The translations under genes and the position numbers were made by a program. The notes under the pieces were generated by a model. That model was not told the origin of the DNA, searched no databases, and was given only the letters and a program-made list of their open reading frames with translations. Positions 39,178 through 50,800 of a stretch of DNA of 64,000 bases are shown in pieces (the stretch's first letter is position 1; the number at the start of each line of letters is the position of its first letter). Source of the stretch: Phoronis australis (Eukaryota; Animalia; Phoronida); NCBI GenBank assembly GCA_002633005.1, contig NMRA01000407.1:1-64000 (forward strand), read 5' to 3'.

Positions 39178-40805
39178 TTAAATCAAGGTAAATGCATTGC
39201 TCATGGATTTGATTGTTGGTTTCTGAATTACACGTTTATGTATCCACGAAAGAGGATTGATTGAGAGATGATTTTTTGATAATTAGGAGCTAATCTTGTA
39301 AGAAATGACAATGCTTCAATGAAGTTAATTGCAGGCAGGCATTGGAAAATTTGATCTATCATCAGATCCCCAAATATAAAAGTACACTAAACGATTTTTG
39401 TGTATCAGAAATAAATCTCAAGGAAACTGATGAATTTCGGACAGCTCAACAATGTGTCCTAAAATGTTCTCACAATTCAAATAACAATAATTTTGTTTGG
39501 CTTAGGAACTAGATTACTGGGTTTAAGTTTGCAAACTGTATAACGAAAACGAAGTTTAAGTACTTCAATAAATAAAATCAAACTTAATGGTCATCGAACT
39601 TGGAAAGGTTCTCTTTGAACTTTTCCTTGATGTTTTTGTTTTCCAGTAGTATTGCGCAATGAATTTTTGTTCTTCAAAACTGAATCTTATGCTTGCATTT
39701 CCCGTGCATACTACACACACGGCATGAGCACACCCAGCCTAAAATATGGGGGACTCGAATTTTTGATGGGGATATTTTACTAAAGAAAGAAAACCGAATA
39801 CCGGGTTCGTTCAGGGCTATGAATTGTGCATACGCCGAATCCTGCCTATCTAATGGACTTTCGTCTCGTTTTTCTCGGACGTTTTGTTTCTCTGAGGCGG
39901 ACCTTTTTGCCAACTCGAGCCCCCCCCCCCTNCCCCCCCCCCCCCCTGGTTGCTCGCATGCACGGAGCACGTCATCACAGGCACACCCACTTTAAAAATA
40001 AGGTGTAACCGTGCAGTAGGCCTGCGTAGAATCTCTGTTACCCACGGGAACTGAATTTTAACTCCAGACGTTGAGGTGTATACATTTTCAGGACACACTC
40101 TGTATCATTTCCCCCTGCAACCAGAAACTGGATTTCGGGCTGTGCTTTATCACGGGATTCTGAAACGGCCACAAAGGCACTCATACCAGGCACCTCGGGA
40201 CCACACCTTTCCAAAAATTACTAATCAAAGAATGGCCATAATAAAATGAAATTTTCCCGAAACCAGATCATAATAAAAACGAACCTTGACCTTCGACCCA
40301 GTCCAAAGGAATAAGTACGAATCAACGGTTGGAACTCAGCTGTAGTTACTTCAGGCATCTCCCAGCTAACCGTCAGTGCGCTCGGGCCCTAGACCAGTTC
40401 TTACTCTCCGTGAAACTGTTGGTTCACGGTTACTCAAATCCTGATGGCTGCATCCTCGGTATTATCCCCATCTATGGCGGACGTAGGGGGGTCGGTACAA
40501 ATATGGTGACATCCAGAGAACGAGGGAGGTGGCGATAGCAAGGGGGTAGTTTGGCGAAGTCAAATTGGTCTGTGCCCCTTTTTCATTCCTGCGGGCCTGG
40601 AGTAGCAGAACACATGTGGTCAAAACAACACAATATCCAGTGGAATAACATCCGAAAACTTGACAGTGAAACAGGTTGGACCAAGAGAAAGATCAAGGAA
40701 GGCATGTACATGAAAGTACAAGGCAATGTCATCCGTCAACCAAGCAACCACGAGACACCTGGCTTAGTCTACTTGGGAAGGTTTAAATATAATAAGTAAA
40801 TGGAT

Positions 40806-40888
40806 GACTCCGTGGTGTCGTGGTTAAGGTGCAGGACTCAAATCATCTGTTGTTTCAAAAGTCGTGAGTTCAAATCCTGCCTCGGACA
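40806..40888 (+). pseudogene. tRNA-Leu(CAA)-like pseudogene or SINE head
   Basis: A box tggtgtcgtggttaagg, cagga-ctcaaa anticodon arm, long variable arm, B box gagttcaaatcc. The acceptor stem does not pair. Confidence 0.45.
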
Positions 40889-40959
40889 AAAAATCAGACC
40901 ATGAGTGTACCGCATATCCGCGCACGTTCTTCTAAAAACGCGGGGTCACCTGGCGATGG

Positions 40960-41732
40960 CCGGAGAATAGACCGATTCGTCGTGACAGTGTAAATAGACA
41001 AGAGGTCGGTGTAAATATACCAAAGTCCCGTTTAGACATCAACTTTTGGCCCGGCGCAACTGACACGGAGCAAATTGACCAGGTGGCAGGCGGCCGTTTA
41101 CACACACTCAGACTCACTAATTGAGGCAAGACGGAAATTGCAGGCTGGAGAGACTGGATCGCACATGCGCATGTTTACAATTGACGAGTTGCAGAGACAA
41201 AGAACCTGTACGTAGGTCATTAGGCAAGCGCAGTAGAGATGATCCTTTCCGCCTTGCCCCAGTTTCGCGTTTAGACATATAGTTGACACGGAGCAAGATG
41301 TTCGGGCGCAAATTGCTCTACCTCACAAACGGGTGTCAAAATTTGTCACCGCGGGGTCAATTTGCTCCGTGTCAATCCCGTTTACACACTGGAACAACTC
41401 GTNTAATAGGGGCAAGACGGAAATTGCAGGCTGGAGAGACTGGATCGCACATGCGCATGTTTACAATTGACGAGTTGCAGAGACAAAGAACCTGTACGTA
41501 GGTCATTAGGCAAACGCAGTAGAGATGATCCTTTCCGCCTTGCCCCAGTTTCGCGTTTAGACATATAGTTGACACGGAGCAAGATGTTCGGGCGCAAATT
41601 GCTCTACCTCACAAACGGGTGTCAAAATTTGTCACCGCGGGGTCAATTTGCTCCGTGTCAATCCCGTTTACATACTGGAACAACTCGTTCCGTGTCAGGT
41701 GATCCGTGTCAACTTTTGAAGTGTAAACGGCA
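40960..41732. mobile_element. Harbinger-like MITE remnant with cgtttacac/cgtttagac repeats; contains a 286-bp tandem duplicate around an N
   Basis: Recurrent cgtttacac, tgacacggagc and gctccgtgtca; right end gtgtaaacggcac. 41120-41402 is nearly identical to 41406-41688. Confidence 0.5.
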
Positions 41733-41844
41733 CTCTAGAGATTTTAATAATAGTTGTAACACGCCACCACCTCAGAGCAACAATGATTTGAATAATGTAT
41801 TTGTATATCTAAATAATGATTCCCGTAACATGTGACCATAGCAT

Positions 41845-42160
41845 ATAAAATCGAGTTATTGTTTCACAACAGCTTTCTGACAGCAAACACTGAATTAGCA
41901 CGCGCTCACACGGCCTTGGTGCACGGTCAATTACCTTTATTGTATCTTAAGCCGGTGGCGCATTGCATTGCTGGTTTCTCAAAACATTTGCACTCACGAA
42001 TACTCCAAAGGCATTACAAATTGTATGTAAAGAGACAGACTTTGTTTCAGTTTTATATAAGCATTGGTTAGGGTGAGAATAATTCAGTTTGAAACAGAAC
42101 GCAGAATAATTAATAAACGTTAACATGGCAACTTCGGCTACTTAGACGAAAGCTCATCCG
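41845..42160 (-). mobile_element. Third, partial Kolobok fragment
   Basis: Matches ~37470-37780 (aaatcga.ttgtttcacaaca ... acttagacgaaagctca). Confidence 0.75.
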
Positions 42161-43274
42161 ACGGGGGGTTATACACGGGTCAAATCTCCAGGTTCCTATC
42201 TATAATAAGTATAAAGAGGTCTTTAACTACTTAGAAATGACTCTGAAAGTGACAAAAATGGAAAAAATTGTTATTGTACTTCGTTTTTTAATATCGTATT
42301 TTTTAGTTTTCAATATGTGTAGGTAAATAAAACAACAAGAATGGATCAACTGAAATTTTCGGATACAATAACATCCTTCGTCAACAGAAACAGAAATAAA
42401 GTAAAATCAAACACTATATGACAATTGACATTTAAGATGTGGCGTAATGAATATGATACATTGTTGCGGGAAAAAAATTCAAAGATATGATTTAAGAAGT
42501 TTTTATGTTTAATCCATTAGGTTCAAGTGTATCCGAATCTATTTTTCCTAGATTATGCTACTAGCTAAGTTGCGGTGTAAAATAAGACATGCCTGGGTGT
42601 TTGAAAATGCTATTTATTAAGTAAGTAAAAACTATAATTGAAACGAAAATTTTGGGATATGGACATAAGAAAATAATTGGCATTTGTAAATAATTGTAGA
42701 CACCAATAAGCCAAGCACAGGCCCACTCTACGTAATGTCCGTGAAGTCCGTTTTTACTGACTGGGATTGTCGGAAGTGTATTTTATTCGTGTAGACTTGA
42801 CTAAAATACGGGTGTCAGTAGCACGATCTCAGGTGTGTTATATATTGCACAAAACGGTATCTGAAGAGGACATACGTGTAATCATCGAAATAACAAATAC
42901 AGTTGACGTGTGTGAGATCTCAGAACAATCATCTAAATTGAGCAAGCGGACAATCGGATGGCAATTTCCCACATGCGGGCGCCCTGCCTAAGAATCAGAA
43001 AAATAATTATCCCAATAGTAAAATTAACTAAATCAATATTTAATGAAGAAAGGGAACTAATTGGACGGTTATGAATTATTTAGTGTACCAACGCTTTTTT
43101 CTACATTGTACCCAGACATGTCACATTTTAACGTGTTATCCCGGAGTTTATCCCCCACGATGTCTTTCGTAATGTACGTTGTCTATATTAATTCAGTTTC
43201 TCAAACCTTTCAAACATAATAATATCAAGACGTGTTATCGTGAGAGTCAGTCGTTAGGTCAATGGCCAGCATTC

Positions 43275-43694
43275 AAATGCCAATATAACCACGTGCTCAG
43301 TCAGCTGTACTACTCACCGAACCAACTGACGACCTGTTTCCTGATACAAGAACGCTGATCTAGGGAGGCTCATCAATCAATACACTATCTCGGCATTCAA
43401 CTGAAACAACCTAAGTATGTAACTATATCTTTTATTATGTCAACTAAGTCCATCACTGCCATAAAGTTTCAAATTAGGGCGAAAAACTTGTTCAACTACT
43501 GCACTTCAACACTATTGTTTCCTGTGGAAATTAGCACGTTAATCTGACGCTGGGCTTTCGGGTACTGATTGCAGAAAAAAAATAAATAGGCTCAAGTACC
43601 ACAAAAATGTTTTACATTGCGCTTTTTCTTTCAGGAGTTACAGATATGTGTACCGTATCGGCATTCTTTTAATGTGCCTAACTGAAGTTGATGT
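43275..43694 (+). promoter_or_regulatory. Candidate promoter and first two (UTR or signal-peptide) exons of the channel gene
   Basis: CCAAT, CACGTG and an Inr-like TCAGTC near 43279-43302; donor gtatgt at 43415; exon-like segment 43635-43694 (tttctttcag| ... |gtaagt). No transcript evidence. Confidence 0.3.
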
Positions 43695-45168
43695 GTAAGT
43701 AATCGCGAATTTGTTTATTTGATCTCATACCCTGAAAACGGTTGCAAATAGTTTAGAATCAAATTGTTCTCGATGCAAGTATTAGTGTAGGCGCCTCTTG
43801 TTTGGAGACAATTTTGTGTCTGGATATCCGGGACGTCCCGTTGAAAGTAACGCTAGTGTTAAATGCTTTTCGCTGCGGTGCCTGTATTTTGTACGTTGGA
43901 ATTTCCGAATATTTTTTGTTTTTGGATGACGTAGGGATTCCGGTTATGAGTATCCGTTTTTAATACATTTTTGATGACATCTATATTCGTGCTGCGTTTC
44001 ACAAGACTTCGCGTACAATAGTTTATTATTTTATTTCACACGGCAACTTGACCTAACTTATTTTCTTCTTATTTAGATGATTGCTTAAAATATAAGCATT
44101 TCACGCGGGATTTCCGCAGACATAATTCGTTAACTGGAATGTTGCATTCTGTGTGTTAGAATCAAATTTTAGGATTACATTTTGTGTGTCATCCTTTTTG
44201 CTTTCAGGTACGCATGCCCGCGCGTTCGTGTATGCGCGTGCTGTTCGTAGGTGTGCTTGTCCCTCGCCTTAAATCGCTTCTTATGCGCGAATTTTTACCT
44301 ATCAAGAGGGTACCTACCGCCAACTGACTACTTATCCCTTGTAGTGACTTGGGGTAACCAAGCGGGATGTCGTGTTCTGGACATAGGATTTCAGAAATAC
44401 ATGTAGTTGATTTACAGCTATGATGTGTTCCGCAAACGAAAAAATCTGACGAAGGATTAGCGTGATTTACTTGTAATACATTGCGATAGCTCTTGCGAAA
44501 TCTGACCAAGGAACAATTTCAGACCAATTTCATCGTCATCAAATGTTGGTTTGAATGCAGCAAGTTAAAATTCGATAGATATTAGTTGAGACTGAGTAGG
44601 TCGTCTACTATGTTTCACCAACATTTTGTATGAACTCCTCGGACTAATTAACCTGACAATTTTTTTAGTTTCAAAAATATACGAAATAACACAAATTCAG
44701 TTGTCCCCTAAAAGATTCCAATGGATCTTGTGTTTTAAAAGTTTTCACTGTCTGGTTTTTATCGTCTTACTGATAAACATTCTTCCTTCTAGTACAAGTT
44801 CTAGCTTCGACTTCATTCCGGTCAGTCTGTACAAATCAATTCACCAATCTGCTTGACACCTATGTACAGTGTACATGTATAATCTAATTGTTATGCACTC
44901 TTATTAATTGGAAATTACCATATATTTCACATCATAAAATGCTAGCTTTTTGCTTAATATGCCATTTGTTCATCGTGACCACTCCCAGATTCCATGTGGC
45001 AGTTGGGGGCTGCGAATGTCTGACGGGCAAAATCTTGGCTAATACTCTGCTGTGGCCCGGCCTAACTCAAAATTGTGGATCCGCCCCTGTGAAATCACTT
45101 GCTCCATAGACCTGAAATTAGACGAACCCGTTCGTAGTTATTTTGAACTACACCTGAATAAAATATAT

Positions 45169-46012
45169 TAGTCAGTTGGTGGTGTGCATCATGGTGATGA
45201 AGCCAGTTGGCAGTGTGTCCTGGTTTTGTAGTCAGTTGGAAGTGTGTGTCCTGATCATGTGGTCAGTTGGTACTGTGTATCGTGGGCATGTAGTCAGTTG
45301 ACAGTGTGTATTCTGGTCACGTAGTCAGCTGGAAGTGTGTATCCTAGGTATGTAGTCAGTTGGTAGTGTGTATCCTGGTGGTGTAGTCAGTTGGAAGTGT
45401 GTACCTGGTTATGTAATCAGTTGGAAGTTTATATCTTGGTAGTTGTAATGTAAGTCAGTTAGTAGTTTGTATCCTGGTCATGTGGTCAGTTGGCTCAGTG
45501 TAATCCTGGTCACTTAGTCATTTGCCTGTGTGTTTCCTGGTCATGTATTCAGTTGGCAGTGAATATCCTGGCTATGTAATCAGTTGGAAGTGTGTATCCT
45601 GGGCATGTAGTCAGTTAACAATGTGTGACCTGGTCATGTGGTCAGTTGGCAGTTTGTATCCTGGAGATGTAGTCACTTGGCTGTGTTAATCCTTGTGATT
45701 TAGTCATTCGGAAGTATGTGTGTATCCTGGTCATGTAGTCAGTTGGAAGAGTGTGTCCTGGTGATGTAGTCAGTTGGAAGTGTGTATCCTAGTAATTTAG
45801 TCAATGGGCAGTGTGTGTCCTGGTCACGTAGTCACTTGGCTGTGTGTATCCTTGTGATTTAGTCATTCGGAAGTATGTGTGCATCCTAGTAATGCAATCA
45901 GTTGGCAGTGTGTATCCTTGTGATTTAATCAATTGGCAGTGTGTGTCCTGGTCATGTAGTCAATTAGAAGAGTGTGTCCTCGTGATATAGTCGATTAGCA
46001 GTGTGTATCCTG
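45169..46012. repeat. 31-bp minisatellite, ~27 copies (consensus GTAGTCAGTTGGCAGTGTGTATCCTGGTCAT)
   Basis: Direct tandem repeats with substitutions and no unique spacers. Confidence 0.92.
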
Positions 46013-47748
46013 GCAATTACGAGAAATTCATACTTTTATCAATATTGGTATAATCGAAATCAATTCTGCTTTTGATTTCTGATATTTTTATGAGCAATTA
46101 CTGAAAATCCATGCTTTGTATAATCGCCTTGCAGTCATTTCTGTTTTTAGTTATTGATAGTTTTAGCGGGAAATTACGAAAGATTTATGCTTTTACCAAA
46201 AGCAATAACAGTATTTTGGTCGACGTTAACAAAATTTCATCAACTCGCGCAAAAGATACTAAATCACATCTACTCCACAAGAGATTTCCCCATGGGGTCA
46301 AAACTCAATCGTTCAATTTTTAGCTTTTTTATGAAACCCCTAACTTCGGAATGACATTTTTGCGAAAGAAATATTTTTGATGTCACCATTTCTTAAGAAA
46401 TTCAATGACAGATAAGCCTAAAGTTTTTATTTTTTTACCCTAGGTACGTGTGTGTTGAGGCGCGTGCGTCTAATTCCGATTAATATATAGGCGTAACTTC
46501 GAATGTAGCCGCTCTGGCAAACACAGTCTCTTACGAAATATGCAAGGCGTGTACATGTATGTGCTTGCACATTGGTTTACATCCAGATTTAGCATTCACG
46601 TTTGCTTTTCAGTTGGAAAATGTATGCTTATGTTACCCTCTATTGGAATTTTCCAGAAATTGCACCACTCAAAGAGAGTTTCCGAAAGAGTGGCCATTCA
46701 AAAAAGGATTTTTGCATTAACCGGATGTTAGAATTTCTTTTAGTGACTTTTAAGAAAAATCTGCTCATAAAGTCAGACTCAGTCGTGCATTTTTATCCGA
46801 TAATTTGAACTTATAGACTGGATAATAGCTTTAGAGTTTGCTACGATGAAGATACTACAATGTATGTTGCTTCAAAAAATGTCACTTTTCATCCCAATTG
46901 TTGTTTTTGTAGGTTGATGGAGCACCAAATCAGGTTTTCGCCGTTATTAGACTGTTATTGCTGTATCTTGCATGTGGCGTGCAGTTATGCTTAGGATTCA
47001 GAAAGAAACTTGATTCCGAAAGAATGTCATAATTTCCATCCACTCGCTCGGGATGCTGGAGTTCGGAGACTTCCGAAATTAAAGCAGGCGTTGCGTTGGA
47101 TTGAAATGAAAAACTAAATAACAAAAATACAAAAGTATCAACTGACATTGCTTGGAAAATAAATAATCAGATAAATTCGGACCATTTCACTAAAATCTTT
47201 TATGCCCATGTTTTAAATAATTATAGGATTGTGGCGGAGTGCGTTTTTCTGTAACGCAGAAAATTAAAAAGGTTATGCATTTACTCATCTTATTAATGAA
47301 CTTTGATTTCCTTGGTATACTTTTTCACACTACTACATGTAAGTCGCCAAGCAATAGTCAAAACCTATAACGGGATTTGAACATACCTGTCCTTTTTCAC
47401 TTTGAATATCACACCCACCCATTCACACAGCACCTTACATGCGTGTTGCAGGACATTCTCCTCCGAGCGAATTTTTTCCCTAGAAACCTTTACACATGTC
47501 ATTGTTTTTCATTCTGCTGAAAAACCAGTGCTCCATAATCCACTGCAGATATCACACACATACAGTAACTATCCCAGGTCCATCCCTCCCGTTTCTCGTC
47601 CCCCGTTCCCATCGGCAAACATGGAAACCATCACATTGAAAGACAAGGTATGATGAAGACTTAAAGCAGAATCAATAGGGATATTTCAAAAGACGTCCTG
47701 TGGTTTATTTAAAAAGAATGTAAACAACACCCTTACTCATTTTAACAG

Positions 47749-47822
47749 CACAACGCAGCATGGATTACTGGAGATTTTGCTGAAAGATTACGACAAGATG
47801 ATGCGACCATATCCGCAAACCG
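47749..47822 (+). CDS. LGIC exon: N-terminal helix TTQHGLLEILLKDYDKMMRPYPQT(G)
   Basis: Acceptor tttaacag| (alternative gcag| at 47758) and donor |gtgagt. Carries the YDxxxRP motif of Cys-loop receptors. Its phase-1 end matches the next exon. Confidence 0.88.
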
Positions 47823-50800
47823 GTGAGTCACTGAGTCATCATACGCCAAGTTTCTCACAAATGATTCTGAAAGTTCATCGCATGAAGGCAAAAATGTGAA
47901 ATCATTAGCTTTGATTATTCGAGTATTTTTGCAGAAAAGATTCCGGATAATATTCATGTACGGGGACATTAAGTGGCGGATTTAGAGGGGGAGGGGCAAG
48001 GGGGTCATGCCCCCCCCTATAACTCTCTCGGATTCCATTTGGCTATCGGGGGGTGCAAATGTCTGACGAGCAAAATCCTGGCTAATACTCTACCCTGCCC
48101 CCCGCCTAACTAAAAATCTTGGATCCGCCCCTGCATTACTTGTGCGTTGCTTTGTGTCATTCACGCTCAATACATAGAGATATTGCTACCGGGTATGAGC
48201 GTGTTTAGGAAATGAAACGTTTACGCTAAATATACACGTGGTGTTTCTGATACCATGTGTGAGCGTGTCTAGTCACGTGTGCTTTATGATTTGAAGAGAT
48301 TACGCAGTCAGTGGCGGATTTAGTGGGGGCCAAGGGGGCCATGTCCAGATTCCATGTGGCAGTTGGGGGTTGCGAATGTCTGACGGGCAAAATCCTGGCT
48401 AATACTCTGCTGTGCCCCCCCCCCAACTCAAAATCCTGGATCCGCCCCTGGAAGTTGTAACATTATAACTTGGACCTAATAATTCTGACCGCTCATTCGT
48501 TCATAGTGTCTGTTGCTATCGTAGCGCGATTTGAATTCTTTTTAAAACCTTTTTGTGAAGTTATCCATAACTAATCGTGAATCGATCTTGTCGACAATCG
48601 ACAACAATTTACCACTGCGCCAACAGTACGCCAGCGAACTCCAATTTTTTAAGACTTAAAAAAGCCTTTCATTTCATCTGAATTCTGATACGCATTTGTT
48701 TTCATATACCGGGTAACCGTAAAACGTGAATCATCTCGGGTGAATGCACACTTGCATCATTGGCGTAAAGCTGTATGCTAAATATACATATATCAGGTGT
48801 ACCAAAAAAGCAAGTCACTTTTTGACAAATAATTTCTCAGCAATTGACCAACCGAATTTGTTCAAAATAGGTATCTCCAAGGTGCCATCAACAAGTCTTA
48901 GCGACATATAAAAAATATGGAAGTACTGTGAAATTGATTACATGAGCGCACCCAGGGGGAGCTCGGGGGCTCGTTCTTGGCGAAGTGGGCAAAACGGCCG
49001 GCCCTCCGCCCCCGAGAGACAAAAAGTCCGAGAAAATGGGACAAAAGTCCACTAAATAAGCGCAAAGTCGCAATTCACATAGCTGCTCCCGTTTTTTGTT
49101 TTTTTTTTCGTAGTCCGCCCGCTCTTTTGTTAGCAAATGGTTTACAGTGTCGAGAATTCGCGCATGCATTACACTAGGATGCGAAATGCAATATCACTGT
49201 GACTTTCAACTGGCATCTGTCAGTAAAAAATGCCCAGAGTTTCAGGCATAGACATCACATAGACCGGGCGCACGCCACTCAGATGCATGAAGCTCGCGTT
49301 GTCAATATGACGCCATATTGGAAAGTGTTACTCGGGACAAAAATGGCGGAAAACACTGTGAACCCTATGGCATTAGTTAGGAAATCCGGGGGCTCGCAGT
49401 GTTCTCAGCCGCTCGTGGACCCGTCATAAACAAGTATGTCTCTTAGTATCAAATTAGGAGTTAAATCGTGGTGGTGCAGTGGTAAAACACGCGCGCTCTA
49501 TCCGCTAGGTCGTGATTTCGAGTCTGTGGTACTTGCAGTTTTTCCTGGTTGACACCTTCTTGTTTTTTTTTTGCCTTTTTTCTTGGATAATACTTCGGGA
49601 ATCATGGAAAATGCTTGCCTTTAAAAGGAAAAAACAGAAAAATTTCCTGGGAGGGAGGGAGGCACACCCCCCTCCCGACCTCCCCCATTTTGTGCTGTGC
49701 GCATCTACAATCGTGCTTTGAGCAAATGTTTACAGACAAAATGTTGGGCCTCCCTTGTGATATCCTAGATCCGCCACTGCCTCGGGTCGCGTCCAGTCAG
49801 CTCCTGCATAATCTAAACACCTTACCGATTTGCGCCGCATATCACAGACACTGAAGGCTAAGTAAGAGAGTTATCAGTACAACAAATATTTTTATAGTTT
49901 GTAAAAATTCATTAACTTGCCCTGTCAGACAAGTTGCTCGGCCGTGAGCTTGTCCGTACAAACAAATTGGTTGTTTCGGGCAGGCGGACTACCGTTAATG
50001 TCGAGCCATGCTACTGTATGCCTGCAGCCAAAGAGTTGAGTTTCTTGGGCCTGTCATTGAGTCATGGGTTTTTTGTTCGGCCATGGAGTTTAGAGGTGCT
50101 GTTATTAGGTTTTTTGGGTTCTGCCACCATAGTTTAAGCGGAGCGACCATGCGTTGTTTCCACCTCAGTCTTGGTGATTGAGACATATGAGGTATAGTTA
50201 TCTCACATTGGTGCTAGTAGCACTGAACAGTTAGGCTGCGGCCACGGGGAATTTTGTAGTGCCTAAAATATACATAAAGGGCGTGTGTCAGGTTTGTCGG
50301 CTGTTTTGGGGAATGCGTTGAAAATAATTTCAAGGAAGCTGATTTGCTTGTGCAGTTTGAATCTGTAGTCAGATTTTTTCTAGCACTTGCTGGGAAGTAG
50401 TAATTTTGGGGATAAAATATCAAATTTGGGGTTTTTTGATCTTATTTTTCTATACCGGGATTTTTTCGCTGTGCAATAACCGATTAAAAATATGTACCAT
50501 AATTAGGTTTCAGTAATCATGAGTAGTGATTGTGAATTGGGAATGTTTTTTCAGACTTTTCATGAGGACTTGGTATGCGTCGGCAGCCAAAACCCTGTAA
50601 TACATGTAGTATGCCCCCTTGTTAGAATAAACGCACTTTATATCGAAACATCATTAAACTAATTGACCGAAGAAGCATGGGTGCAAATGTCAAAATAGTT
50701 TTCCTGTGTTGCAAAGCACTGCAGTTACAGTGTATTAGCACACGTAAGAAATGTTGAATATTGGTGACCTTAATTTGCATGCAGTATGAAAATTCACAAT

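Larger units (their letters stand above)
34866..40599. mobile_element. 5.7-kb hAT-like DNA element with 5-bp TSD
   Basis: TIR cagggccgtaggaa / ttcctgcgggcctg; TSD gagta at 34861-34865 and 40600-40604. Removing it restores the Penelope reading frame. Confidence 0.85.
34022..40800 (+). mobile_element. Penelope-like element (RT + GIY-YIG endonuclease), 5'-truncated and split by nested insertions
   Basis: YFQYQNKFYEQTLGMAMGSPLSP, WKRYFDD, LPFLDVLV, KKTHTGRYLDFNSNH, NGYP, then IYEI..C.CGESYIGET (~34750-34800). The frame resumes after 40599 as SGVAEHMW...RKIKEGMY. Confidence 0.9.

Noticed and set aside
40806-40888. Functional tRNA-Leu gene
   Set aside because: The acceptor and T stems do not pair properly and there is no T-run terminator; kept only as a pseudogene or SINE head.
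41120-41688. Near-perfect 286-bp tandem duplication
   Set aside because: The junction coincides with an N at 41403, so it is most likely an uncollapsed contig overlap or haplotype artefact.
45169-46012. CRISPR-like periodicity (~31 bp)
   Set aside because: The units are contiguous with no unique spacers, there are no cas genes, and the context is eukaryotic; it is a minisatellite.
47637-47639. In-frame TGA as selenocysteine or readthrough
   Set aside because: It is not at a conserved Cys position, no SECIS was identified, and alternative splice models avoid it.
50555-50572. 18-nt microexon candidate (ttttttcag|ACTTTTCATGAGGACTTG|gtatgc) in the phase-1 intron
   Set aside because: In frame it reads D-F-S-stop. 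It could only be a poison exon, there is no evidence of use, and such splice-like pairs occur by chance.
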